Origin: Candidatus Limnocylindrales bacterium
GTDB taxonomy: Bacteria > Chloroflexota > Limnocylindria > Limnocylindrales > CSP1-4
Assembly: GCA_035692005.1 (NCBI GenBank)
Contig: DASSII010000136.1
Location: 3,318-67,317 of the forward strand
DNA length: 64,000 nt
Direction of reading: 5' to 3'
Shown here: positions 56,084 to 64,000 of the stretch, piece after piece
Layout: every line of letters starts with the position of its first letter
How positions within the stretch are numbered: position 1 is the stretch's first letter
The notes under the pieces: model-generated
Seen by the model: the letters and a program-made list of their open reading frames with translations, nothing else
Told to the model about the DNA's origin: nothing
Databases searched by the model: none
Position numbers and translations under genes: made by a program

Positions 56084-57012
56084 TCGAGCAGCGGGCGCAC
56101 TTCGGTCGCGAAGCGGGTCATCGATTCCTCGTCGTACGGCGCCGGGAAGCCGGCGATGAGATGGCGATACCCGATGTCGAGGAACGGGGCGAGTTTCTCG
56201 GCAACATCCTCAGGTGTGCCGATCGGCTGATCGCGCCACACCGGGGCGTCGCCGTTCGTGGCCGCGACCTGGCGTTGGATGCGCTCGGCCTCCGCACGGG
56301 AGTCGCGGATGATGACCGTGCCGAGGCCGGTCGTCCGTTCGATCTCCGCCGGATCGCGCCCGACGCTCTCGCAATGCTGGACGAGGATCGCATCCTTGCT
56401 GCGGACGTTGTCGATGCCGTCGCCGATGTTGCAGGCATCGCCGTAGCGGGCCACGAGCTTGAGCGTGACCTTCTCGCCGTCGCCACCGATCAGCAGCGGC
56501 AGGTGTGCCTGGATGGGTGGCGGATCGTTGCGCACGGCGCGCACGGCGTAGCGCGGGCCGGTGGCCGTCGGCCGTTCACCGTGGAGCATCCCGCGCATGA
56601 TCGGCAACGCCTCGCCGAGCCAGCGCAGGCGCTCCGGGAAGCCGTCCCCGAAGGCCAAACCGTACGCCTCGTGCTCGGTCTCGAACCAGGCCGCGCCGAT
56701 GCCGAGGATCGCCCGCCCGTTCGAGATGTGGTCGAGCGTGGTGGCCATCTTCGCGGTCAGCGCCGGCTCCCGAAACGTGTTCGCACCGACCATCAGCCCG
56801 ATCCGGATCCGCTCCGTCGCCTGCGCCCAGGCAGCCAGGGTCAGCCACCCCTCGAAGATCGGCCCCTCGTGGCTGCCGACGATCGGGTACAGGTGGTCCC
56901 ACGTCCAGAGACTTGTGTATCCAAGCTCGTCGGCTCGGATCCCGGCCTGGAGGAGCGACGGCCAGTCGGTGTACTGGTTCCAGCACAGAGCACCGATCTT
57001 GATCTCAGTCAC
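56074..57012 (-). CDS. LLM-class (luciferase-like) F420/flavin-dependent oxidoreductase, intact copy
   Basis: 312 aa with an LLM TIM-barrel sequence (LWTWDH, RIGLMVGANTFREPAL, LGIGAAWFETEH). GTG 57012 lies 6 nt after the SMI1 stop. Confidence 0.85.
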   Translation of the reverse strand: MTEIKIGALCWNQYTDWPSLLQAGIRADELGYTSLWTWDHLYPIVGSHEGPIFEGWLTLAAWAQATERIRIGLMVGANTFREPALTAKMATTLDHISNGRAILGIGAAWFETEHEAYGLAFGDGFPERLRWLGEALPIMRGMLHGERPTATGPRYAVRAVRNDPPPIQAHLPLLIGGDGEKVTLKLVARYGDACNIGDGIDNVRSKDAILVQHCESVGRDPAEIERTTGLGTVIIRDSRAEAERIQRQVAATNGDAPVWRDQPIGTPEDVAEKLAPFLDIGYRHLIAGFPAPYDEESMTRFATEVRPLLERG

Positions 57013-57018
57013 GTGGTC

Positions 57019-57390
57019 CTACTTCCATCGAACTTGCACTGGGGTCAACTCACCCGTTTCGTGGTCCCAGAAGCGCACCACATCATCGGCCGGCGAGAGG
57101 ACGAGGTAGTCGCCGCCGCCATTGTCGGCGATGGCGACCCAGCGCTCGGGCAATGCGTCCGGCCAGTCCCGCCGAAACGCCTCGTTCTCGCGGAGGATGT
57201 GATTGGCGGTCCGACCCATCGTCTTCCAGTTGGTTGAATCCCATACCGGGAAGAGCGTCCAGGTGTCGCGCATCGCGCGGATCTCGCCACCATTCTCGCG
57301 GATGAGCCGGGTCCGTTGCGCCTCGGGGAGCGTGCGACCAAGGACTGCCTCGGCAGCGGCAACCAGTTCCTCACTTCCTGCAAAGGCCAT
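57019..57390 (-). CDS. SMI1/KNR4 (SUKH-1) family protein, immunity-protein-like
   Basis: 123 aa. LPEAQRTRLIRENGG ... VAIADNGGGDYLVL ... VRFWDHETGEL matches the SUKH-1 pattern. GGTGGAGG RBS precedes ATG 57390. Confidence 0.8.
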   Translation of the reverse strand: MAFAGSEELVAAAEAVLGRTLPEAQRTRLIRENGGEIRAMRDTWTLFPVWDSTNWKTMGRTANHILRENEAFRRDWPDALPERWVAIADNGGGDYLVLSPADDVVRFWDHETGELTPVQVRWK

Positions 57391-57421
57391 CGGGCCGACC
57401 TCCACCACGCGTCGGGGCTGC

Positions 57422-57541
57422 GTGGTCCCAGGTCCAAAGGCTCGAGGAACCCAACTCGTCAGCCCGGATCCCGGCTTGGAGCAGGCTGGGCCAGCCCGTG
57501 TACTGGTTCCAGCAGAGCGCACCGATCCGCACGTCAGTCAT
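57422..57541 (-). pseudogene. Fragment: first 40 codons of an LLM oxidoreductase gene (second copy)
   Basis: MTDVRIGALCWNQYTGWPSLLQAGIRADELGSSSLWTWDH compared with the intact MTEIKIGALCWNQYTDWPSLLQAGIRADELGYTSLWTWDH. By hand alignment, 34/40 aa and 92/120 nt are identical. Similarity stops after WDH. Confidence 0.65.
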
Positions 57542-57640
57542 GCGAGCAAATGTATGGCCGTCGCTGACCAGGCGGGTCGCCCGCAAACGCCTACGCTGTG
57601 CCGGCAGAGAGTCGGGGATACAGGACGGAGTGGTCGTTTC

Positions 57641-58258
57641 ATGAGCGCCGAACCGATCGTCTTCTGGGGGCCGGGTTCAGAGTGGTTCTGGACCATGCTC
57701 CAGTTCGTCGTGGTGGCAGTGACTCTGGTCGGGATCTCCTACCAGTTCCGCCTGCAGCGCGCCGCCAATGCCTTTGAGCATCTCAACCGGATGGGCGAGC
57801 AGTTGGATTCCGAGCAGATGCTCCGAGCGAGGCTGGAGGTGGCTCGTGCGCTCGTGGCCGGCGCGGAGACTCCCCAGGGCGCATTGTTCCTGATCGGCAA
57901 CTACTGGGACAGCATCGGAAGCCTTGTTCGCGAACGGCACGTCGATGAGCGCCTGGTGTCAGAGACGCTTGGTGGGGCGGTCACCATTTGGTGGATTGCC
58001 CTCTCAGAGGCGACGGGCCGAATTCGCAAGGAGCGGATGGATCCGACGGTCCTCGCCAATTTCGAGTGGCTGGCGAAGCGGGTCAGCGGCGATGACGCGA
58101 AGTCAGGTGCCGCGCCCGTGTACGACAAGACGGCCGCGCTACGCATCTTCGAAGCTGGGATCCCAAGCCTGGTCGACCGGATCCGGATGGCGGAGGAATC
58201 ACGCATGGTGCCCGAGCGCCGGGCGCCTCGATCTCGCCGAGCTGCCTCCGTCGAGTAG
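57641..58258 (+). CDS. Hypothetical membrane-anchored protein (N-terminal TM helix plus helical domain; family not recognised)
   Basis: GGAG-type RBS precedes ATG 57641. TM helix WFWTMLQFVVVAVTLVGISY. The region is visibly less GC-rich than its surroundings. The N-terminal 146 codons of ORF 57203.. are antisense to SMI1 and were discarded. Confidence 0.55.
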   Translation: MSAEPIVFWGPGSEWFWTMLQFVVVAVTLVGISYQFRLQRAANAFEHLNRMGEQLDSEQMLRARLEVARALVAGAETPQGALFLIGNYWDSIGSLVRERHVDERLVSETLGGAVTIWWIALSEATGRIRKERMDPTVLANFEWLAKRVSGDDAKSGAAPVYDKTAALRIFEAGIPSLVDRIRMAEESRMVPERRAPRSRRAASVE

Positions 58259-58353
58259 GTATTCGATCCGGCCGAAGCGCTCGCGCCATCGCTCGGTGTT
58301 CGCGGCCTCACGCATCGCGAGTCGGCCTTCGCACTCGCTCTCACGAACGAGCG

Positions 58354-58413
58354 GAGCGCGGGCCAGTCCGTGTCCTGGTTCCAGCAGAGCGCACCGATCT
58401 TGACCTCGGCCAT
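58354..58413 (-). pseudogene. Fragment: first 20 codons of an LLM oxidoreductase gene (third copy)
   Basis: MAEVKIGALCWNQDTDWPAL, with 49/60 nt identical to the intact gene by hand alignment. It keeps a GGAGAAG RBS and an ATG. The downstream frame is junk antisense to the 57641..58258 gene. Confidence 0.55.
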
Positions 58414-58429
58414 GACTTCTCCGGGCGGT

Positions 58430-58840
58430 TCAGGGACAGGGGCTGGTCGCTGGTCCCAGCGCGGGGAGCACTGCCGGGTCGAATGGTCCCACCGACATCA
58501 CCACCCGCCCGCACGCCAGGTCCTGCCATTCGGCCATCGGCATCGAGCCATCGATCGCTGCATCGAACATCGAGCGGGTACCGATCAGGCCGACCAGGGC
58601 AGCGCCGTTGGCTGACCGGGCCTGGATGGAGGTGGTCAGGTCGTCGAGCGCGAACGGCAGTGCGGCCGTGGTGTGCGGCGCCACGGTGCCGATCCACGTC
58701 CCGTTCACGTCGAGGGCCAAGGGCACGTCCGTGCCGTTCTGCAGCGTGACCAGCGTCGTCGCTCCGAGCATGCCGCACCCGCTGAGGGTGACGGCGAGCG
58801 CGGCAGCGAGCAGCGCAGTCGGGATGGCCCGTCGCCTCAC
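58430..58840 (-). CDS. Hypothetical lipoprotein
   Basis: GTG 58840 overlaps the leuS stop (GTGA). Lipobox AVTLSGCG. 136 aa. Confidence 0.6.
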   Translation of the reverse strand: MRRRAIPTALLAAALAVTLSGCGMLGATTLVTLQNGTDVPLALDVNGTWIGTVAPHTTAALPFALDDLTTSIQARSANGAALVGLIGTRSMFDAAIDGSMPMAEWQDLACGRVVMSVGPFDPAVLPALGPATSPCP

Positions 58841-61392
58841 CCGTCGCGCAGGACGATGTTGATGAGCTTGCCGCCGCCGGCCGCGATGATCCGGTCGGGG
58901 GTCCGGCCGGCCAGCAGGGTCGCGATCTTGGGACTGGACAGGACCTCGGCCTCGATCTGGGACGGGGTCGCGTCGGCTGCCACGATGACCTTGTCGCGCA
59001 GCTTGCCGTTGACCTGGACCGGGACCTCGCGGACGGACACCGCGGTCGCCGCCTCGTCCACGACCGGCCAGGCCTCCAGATGGATCGAGGTCCACGGCCG
59101 CCCCGCCGCCTCGGCCCGACGCGCCCAGATCTCCTCGGTGAGGTGCGGGGCAGCGGGCGCCAGCATCAGCATCAGCAAGCGGACCGCCTCGTCCCAGGCC
59201 GCGTCGCCGGCCAGCGTGGTGCCGCGGTAGCGGAACAGCGTGTTGGACAGCTCCATCAGCTTGGCGACCATCGTGTTGAAGCGGAACGCCTCGTAGTCCG
59301 CGGTGACGTCGCGCAGCGTCCGGTGCGCTGCGCCCCGGATGGCGATCGTCGCATCGGCCTCGGTCTCGCCTGACGGCAGGCGACCGGCATCCGGGTCACC
59401 GTGCTCGCGCCCGTGCGGATCCGTGGCGATCGTCCACACCCGGTTCAGGAATCGATGGACCCCGCCGATGCCCGTGGCGCTCCATGGGCCGCCCTGATCC
59501 CAGGGGCCCATGAACATCAGGAACAGCCGCACGGCGTCGGCGCCGTAGCGCCGGACCAGCTCGTCGGGATCCTGCACGTTGCCCCGCGACTTCGACATCC
59601 GCTCGCCGTCGGCGCCGAGGATCTGACCCTGATTGAACAGGCGCCGGAACGGCTCGTCGTCAGCGACCAGGCCGCAATCGCGCATCGCCTTGGTGAAGAA
59701 ACGGCTGTAGAGCAGGTGCATCACGGCGTGCTCGGCGCCCCCGGTGTACTGATCGACCGGTGTCCAGCGCTCGGCCGTGGCGGGATCCACCGGGCGCTCG
59801 TCATCGTGCGGCGACAGGTAGCGGAACCAGTACCACGATGAGTCGACGAAGGTGTCCATCGTGTCGGTCTCGCGTCGGGCAGGGCCACCGCAGCGTGGGC
59901 AGTCGACGCGCAGGAAGGCCTCGTCGTGATCGAGCGGGTTCGAGCCGCTGCCCTTGTAGTCGACCGTCTCTGGCAACCGGACCGGCAGGTCGCTGTCGGG
60001 CACGGGCACGATCCCGTCGCGCTCGCAGTAGATGACCGGGATCGGCGTGCCCCAGTAGCGCTGGCGGCTGATCAGCCAGTCGCGCAGCCGGTAGGTCACC
60101 TTCGGTTCGGCACTCCCGGCTGCCGCGAGGCGGGCAACGATGGCAGCGCCCCCCGCGTCGGCCGGCATCCCGTCGAACTCGCCACTGTTGACCAGGCGCT
60201 CGTCGGCCGCATGGGCGACGTAGGCGTCGTCCATCGGTGCATCGGCCTCGGTCCCCGGCGCGGCGACGACCCGGCGGATGGGCAGCCCGAACTGGCGAGC
60301 GAACGCGAAGTCGCGTTCGTCGTGGGCGGGCACCGCCATGATCGCGCCGGTGCCGTAGCCCGACAGGACGTAGTCGGCGATGAAGATCGGGATCCGCTCG
60401 CCGTTGATCGGGTTGATCGCCTCGGACCCGAGCGCGACGCCGGTCTTCTCCCGATCGGTGGACAGTCGGTCGATGTCGGTCTTGCGACGGGCCTGGTCGA
60501 TGTATGCCGTCACGTCGAGCGCACGGTCCGGCGCCGTCAGCTCGCCGACCAACGGGTGCTCGGGCGCGAGCACCATGAACGTCGCCCCGAACAGGGTGTC
60601 CGGCCGGGTGGTGAACACGCGCAGGGTGGCGCCGCCCGGGTGATGGTCCGCCGCTGCCGTCGCGAAGTCGATCTCGGCGCCCTCCGATCGACCGATCCAG
60701 TTGGTCTGCTGGATGCGGATCGGCTCGGGCCAGTCGATGCCCTCGAACGACAGCAGCTCATCGGCGTAGGCGGTCGTTCGCAGGTACCACTGTTCCAGGT
60801 CGCGTTTCTCGACGAGTGCGCCGCACCGCCAGCAGTGGCGATCGGCGCCCTCGACCTGCTCTCGCGCGAGGGTCCCGTCGTTCGGGCACCAGTCGACCGG
60901 CGACTTCTGGCGATAGGCCAGGCCGCGTTCCAGGAACTGCAGGAACAGCCACTGGTTCCAGCGGTAGTACTCCGGGTCCGCGGTGACGACCTCGTGCTTC
61001 CACGAGAAGGTGGCGCCCATCGTCCGGAACTGGCGGCGCATGTTGTCGATGTTCGACATCGTCCAGGTGAACGGGTGGATCCCGTTCCGGATGGCCGCGT
61101 TCTCGGCCGGCAGCCCGAACGCGTCGAAGCCGATCGGGAAGAATACGTTCAGACCGTGCATCCGCCGGAATCGGGCGATGGCGTCGGTCGGCGTCACGAT
61201 GTACCAGTGGCCGATGTGCAGGTCGCCCGACGGATACGGGTACATCGTCAGCAGGTAATGGCGCGGCTTCGTGTCGTCCGCCAGATCCGTCTCGTACAGG
61301 CCGAGCTCGGCCCAACGCGCCTGCCAGCGCGGCTCGACCACGGTGGGGTCGTAGCGCTCGACGACGGTGCGGCTGTCGGCGGTCTCGGTCAC
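58837..61392 (-). CDS. leuS: Leucine--tRNA ligase
   Basis: HIGH motif (YPSGDLHIGHWY), KMSKS motif (RMSKSRGN), and a CP1 editing domain. Start is GTG 61392 or GTG 61437. Confidence 0.9.
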   Translation of the reverse strand: MTETADSRTVVERYDPTVVEPRWQARWAELGLYETDLADDTKPRHYLLTMYPYPSGDLHIGHWYIVTPTDAIARFRRMHGLNVFFPIGFDAFGLPAENAAIRNGIHPFTWTMSNIDNMRRQFRTMGATFSWKHEVVTADPEYYRWNQWLFLQFLERGLAYRQKSPVDWCPNDGTLAREQVEGADRHCWRCGALVEKRDLEQWYLRTTAYADELLSFEGIDWPEPIRIQQTNWIGRSEGAEIDFATAAADHHPGGATLRVFTTRPDTLFGATFMVLAPEHPLVGELTAPDRALDVTAYIDQARRKTDIDRLSTDREKTGVALGSEAINPINGERIPIFIADYVLSGYGTGAIMAVPAHDERDFAFARQFGLPIRRVVAAPGTEADAPMDDAYVAHAADERLVNSGEFDGMPADAGGAAIVARLAAAGSAEPKVTYRLRDWLISRQRYWGTPIPVIYCERDGIVPVPDSDLPVRLPETVDYKGSGSNPLDHDEAFLRVDCPRCGGPARRETDTMDTFVDSSWYWFRYLSPHDDERPVDPATAERWTPVDQYTGGAEHAVMHLLYSRFFTKAMRDCGLVADDEPFRRLFNQGQILGADGERMSKSRGNVQDPDELVRRYGADAVRLFLMFMGPWDQGGPWSATGIGGVHRFLNRVWTIATDPHGREHGDPDAGRLPSGETEADATIAIRGAAHRTLRDVTADYEAFRFNTMVAKLMELSNTLFRYRGTTLAGDAAWDEAVRLLMLMLAPAAPHLTEEIWARRAEAAGRPWTSIHLEAWPVVDEAATAVSVREVPVQVNGKLRDKVIVAADATPSQIEAEVLSSPKIATLLAGRTPDRIIAAGGGKLINIVLRDG

Positions 61393-61483
61393 GGGTCCTC
61401 TCGTCGGTCGGTGCGTCGGTCGCCGGAGACGGTTCACCCCCCGCCGTCGGCGAGGGGTGATGGTCGGCGGTGCGGCACGTATC

Positions 61484-61559
61484 TGGTGGAGCTACGGGGA
61501 CTCGAACCCCGGACCCCCTGCATGCCATGCAGGTGCTCTTCCAGCTGAGCTATAGCCCC
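61484..61559 (-). tRNA. tRNA-Ala (anticodon GGC), CCA encoded
   Basis: Folded by hand. Acceptor GGGGCUA/UAGCUCC with G3:U70, D arm GCUC/GAGC, anticodon stem CCUGC/GCAGG with loop AUGGCAU, T arm CGGGG-UUCGAGU-CCCCG, and a 3' ACCA. 76 nt. Confidence 0.9.
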
Positions 61560-61644
61560 ACGGAGCCGGGATTGTAGCAGAGGGTCCGGGTCGGGCAGGG
61601 CCACGCGCCAGGAGCAGCGCGGTCGCTCGATCGGCCAGTCACTG

Positions 61645-63300
61645 ATGCAGGGGTGTCATCATCTCGCGGTGACCGAGTTCGACCTGCTCCTGCTCGGAGG
61701 CACCGTCATCGACGGCAGCGGGGCGCCGCCGCGGCGCGCCGACGTCGGCGTGCTGGGTGACCGCGTACTGGCGATCGGCGACCTCGGATCGGTCCCGGCC
61801 CACGACGTCGCGGAGCTGGTCGACGTCAGCGACCAAGTGGTCGCGCCAGGCTTCATCGACCCACATGGGCACTCCGATGGTTCGCTGTTCCTCGATGGCG
61901 CGCTGATCAGTCACCTGCGACAAGGGTTCACCACGCAGCTGTCGGGGAACTGCGGTGAGTCGCTCGCTCCGATCACCGATGTCGGACGCGAGGTCGTCGA
62001 GCTCGCGCTGCGGCCGAACGAGCTGGTCGCCCGCTGGCGGACGTTCGGCGAGTACCTCGACGCGGCGGACGCGGAGCCGCTCGGGCTGAACGTCGCGTTC
62101 CTCGTCGGTCACGGGACGGTCCGCGGCTCCGTCCTCGGGTCGGAGGCCCGGCCGGCCACCGACCTCGAGCGCCAGTCGATGAACCGCTCGGTCGAGGCAG
62201 CCATGGACGCCGGCGCCTTCGGCTTGTCGACCGGTCTGATCTACGCCCCCGGGATCCACGCGGCAGCAGATGAGGTCGCCGCGCTCGTCACGGTCGCCGC
62301 CCGGCGCGGGGGCCTGTATGCGACCCACCTGCGCAATGAAGCCGCTGGATCGTTCGAGGCGCTGGACGAGGCGATCGCGGCCATCCGTGCGGCGGCCGAC
62401 GCCGGCGTCGAGGCGCCACGTCTGCAGGTGTCGCACCTCAAGTGCGGTGCGCGTTCGGTGTGGGGTCGCGCGGCGGAGGCGGTCGCGGTGCTGGAACGGG
62501 CTCGCGCGGACGGTCTCGATGTCGCCGCGGACCAGTATCCGTATACCGCCGCGGCGACGACGCTGGCGACCGTCCTGCCGCCCGAGCTGCTGGGGCTCGG
62601 CGTCGAGGATTGTGTCGCGGCGCTGGCCGACCACGAGGTTCGCTCGCTCGTCCGGGCCGAGATGGAGCGTGGCATCTCGGGCTGGGAGAACGTCGCGCGG
62701 GATCCCGGCTGGCAAGGGATCCGGATCGCCCACGCCGCGAGCCACCCCGACTGGGCAGGCCGCTCGCTGGCGGACATCGGGTCGGACCTCGGAGCCGACC
62801 CGGCGGAGGTCGCCTTCGACGCCCTGGTCGACGACCGACTCGACGTATCGGTGGTGATCGACTGCATGGCCGATGCCGATGTCGAGACGATCATGCGCGT
62901 TCCCTGGATCGCGGTCTGCACCGATGCCCAGGGTCGGCGGCCGGGACACCCGATCCTCGACGCCGGACGTCCGCATCCACGGACCTACGGCAGCACCGCC
63001 CGGATCCTCGGCACGTACGTGCGCGAGCGGGGCGTCCTCCCGCTTGAGGTCGCGGTCGCCAAGCTCACCGGCGTGCCGGCCGGCCGTCTCGGCCTGCGCG
63101 ATCGTGGGGTGCTGCGCGAGGGTTCGTTCGCCGACATCGTGGTGTTCGACCCGACGACGGTCGCGGACGTGGCCACATACGACCAGCCGGCTCACCATCC
63201 GACCGGCATCGAGCAGGTGGTCGTCAACGGCCAGCTGGTGGTGCGCGACGGGACGGAGACCGGCCAGCGCCCGGGTCGCGTGTTGCGGCGGGGCGGATGA
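61645..63300 (+). CDS. N-acyl-D-amino-acid deacylase (D-aminoacylase) family amidohydrolase
   Basis: PGFIDPHGHSD metal motif and overall Amidohydro_3 / D-aminoacylase-like sequence. GTG 61669 is an alternative start. Confidence 0.85.
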   Translation: MQGCHHLAVTEFDLLLLGGTVIDGSGAPPRRADVGVLGDRVLAIGDLGSVPAHDVAELVDVSDQVVAPGFIDPHGHSDGSLFLDGALISHLRQGFTTQLSGNCGESLAPITDVGREVVELALRPNELVARWRTFGEYLDAADAEPLGLNVAFLVGHGTVRGSVLGSEARPATDLERQSMNRSVEAAMDAGAFGLSTGLIYAPGIHAAADEVAALVTVAARRGGLYATHLRNEAAGSFEALDEAIAAIRAAADAGVEAPRLQVSHLKCGARSVWGRAAEAVAVLERARADGLDVAADQYPYTAAATTLATVLPPELLGLGVEDCVAALADHEVRSLVRAEMERGISGWENVARDPGWQGIRIAHAASHPDWAGRSLADIGSDLGADPAEVAFDALVDDRLDVSVVIDCMADADVETIMRVPWIAVCTDAQGRRPGHPILDAGRPHPRTYGSTARILGTYVRERGVLPLEVAVAKLTGVPAGRLGLRDRGVLREGSFADIVVFDPTTVADVATYDQPAHHPTGIEQVVVNGQLVVRDGTETGQRPGRVLRRGG

Positions 63301-64000
63301 GCGGACGGCGGAGCATCCGGCGAGCGGCGGGTGTCGCGATGGAGGCCCCCGCGATCGCACCGCTGGCTGGCGGGCCCCTGCCGTACACGCTCCGCCATTC
63401 CCCGCGGGCACGCGGGCTGCGGGTCGTCATCCACCCCGAGCGGGGCCTCGTCGTGACCGTCCCCGCGACGCGCGACGGACGTCGGGACGGCGAGCGCCGG
63501 GCGGTCGACTTCCTCGGGCAACGCGAGGCCTGGGTCCGGCGCCACCTGGCTCGCCAGGCCGACCTCGCCGCGGTCCTTGCCGCCCGCGGCGGCGCCAGGG
63601 ATGGCGGCTGCTTGCCGTACCTCGGACGCCTGCGACGCGTCCGTGTGGTGCCCGCGGTGTCCGGCGCTCGTCGGTCGGACGTGATCGCCTTCGACGACGA
63701 GCTCGTCATCCACCGCCGTCCGCTCGAGCGCCGGACCGACGCGGCGATCCTCGAAGCCTGGCTGCGCCGGGAGGCACGCGTCGCGATCGACGCGCAGCTG
63801 GCCGCCCATGTCGACGCGCTCGGCGTCCAGCCGAGCGCAGTCACCCTGCGCGACCCGCGAAGTCGCTGGGGCAGCGCGTCGCGCGCGCGTCGGCTGTCGT
63901 TCTCCTGGCGCCTCATCCTCGCGCCGCCGGAGGCGCTCGACACGGTCGTCATCCACGAGCTCGCGCACCTGCGAGTGTTCGGCCACGGTGCCGCCTTCTG
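63297..64000 (+). CDS. YgjP/DUF45-type M48-like zinc metallopeptidase, 3' end outside window
   Basis: Absent from the ORF track because no stop falls within the window. My own translation from ATG 63297 (ATGA overlap) gives ...RWGSASRARRLSFSWRLILAPPEALDTVVIHELAHLRVFGH, which is the DUF45 HExxH signature. Confidence 0.8.
   Translation, partial: MSGRRSIRRAAGVAMEAPAIAPLAGGPLPYTLRHSPRARGLRVVIHPERGLVVTVPATRDGRRDGERRAVDFLGQREAWVRRHLARQADLAAVLAARGGARDGGCLPYLGRLRRVRVVPAVSGARRSDVIAFDDELVIHRRPLERRTDAAILEAWLRREARVAIDAQLAAHVDALGVQPSAVTLRDPRSRWGSASRARRLSFSWRLILAPPEALDTVVIHELAHLRVFGHGAAF

Noticed and set aside
57203-57640. N-terminal 146 codons of the 351-aa plus-strand ORF 57203..58258.
   Set aside because: This part is antisense to the SMI1/KNR4 gene and to LLM fragment 2 and has junk composition. 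The convincing protein, with an RBS and a TM helix, begins at ATG 57641.
58205-58320. 38-codon minus-strand ORF (MREAANTERWRERFGRIEYLLDGGS...) between LLM fragment 3 and the end of the 57641..58258 gene.
   Set aside because: It has no RBS and mostly overlaps the 3' end of the plus-strand gene in antisense. It is too short to evaluate and is most likely chance.
61484-61559. The tRNA-Ala gene as the attachment site of the 53.8-58.4 kb accessory patch.
   Set aside because: leuS and its coupled lipoprotein (core genes) lie between the tRNA and the accessory genes. No integrase is present, and no repeat of the tRNA 3' end was seen.

Overview
High-GC, gene-dense chromosomal segment with Actinomycetota-like synteny (obg-nadD-rsfS, comEA-comEC-holA, leuS). 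I support about 65 genes. Adjacent genes very often share 1-nt or 4-nt start/stop overlaps (ATGA, GTGA, TGATG), which I used to fix many starts. Layout: (i) 1-15.1 kb, + strand: two catabolic gene strings. The first is DapA-like, GMC oxidoreductase plus small subunit, aldehyde dehydrogenase, an embedded LacI regulator and a NitT/TauT-type ABC importer. The second is SDR, CoA-transferase, enoyl-CoA hydratase, LLM oxidoreductase, shikimate dehydrogenase, FAH and creatininase family. (ii) 15.1-26.6 kb, - strand: an 11-gene sugar or amino-sugar operon (Gfo/Idh/MocA, TIM-barrel isomerase, DeoC, SIS, CUT2 ABC importer, ROK kinase, GntR/HutC, NagA) with a dre-like GTCTAGAC palindrome upstream. (iii) 26.8-33.6 kb: LacI, CUT1 ABC importer and a GH3 glycosidase. 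(iv) 33.6-40.7 kb, - strand: a 7-gene operon with an unusual enzyme mix (Eda aldolase, SorC regulator, SDR, FAD oxidoreductase, phosphotriesterase-like hydrolase, MetE-like protein, Gfo/Idh/MocA). (v) 40.7-53.8 kb: MocR and PPOX, then housekeeping genes (rho, LysM-M23 peptidase, obg, nadD, rsfS, holA, HD protein, comEC, comEA). (vi) 53.8-58.4 kb: a small accessory patch, the most unusual part of the window. It holds tiny membrane ORFs, an operon of small peptide, small protein and 3-blade beta-propeller lectin-like protein opposite a CGNR zinc-finger regulator, and an LLM oxidoreductase gene whose 5' end occurs three times in diverged form around two single-gene cassettes (SMI1/KNR4 immunity-type protein; membrane-anchored unknown). 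(vii) 58.4-64 kb: lipoprotein, leuS, tRNA-Ala(GGC), D-aminoacylase, YgjP-type metallopeptidase (3' partial). No CRISPR array, transposase, integrase or recognisable defence or toxin gene is visible. One structural anomaly: comEC has no stop codon of its own, and its frame runs through an HD-domain gene into holA as a single 1422-codon ORF.
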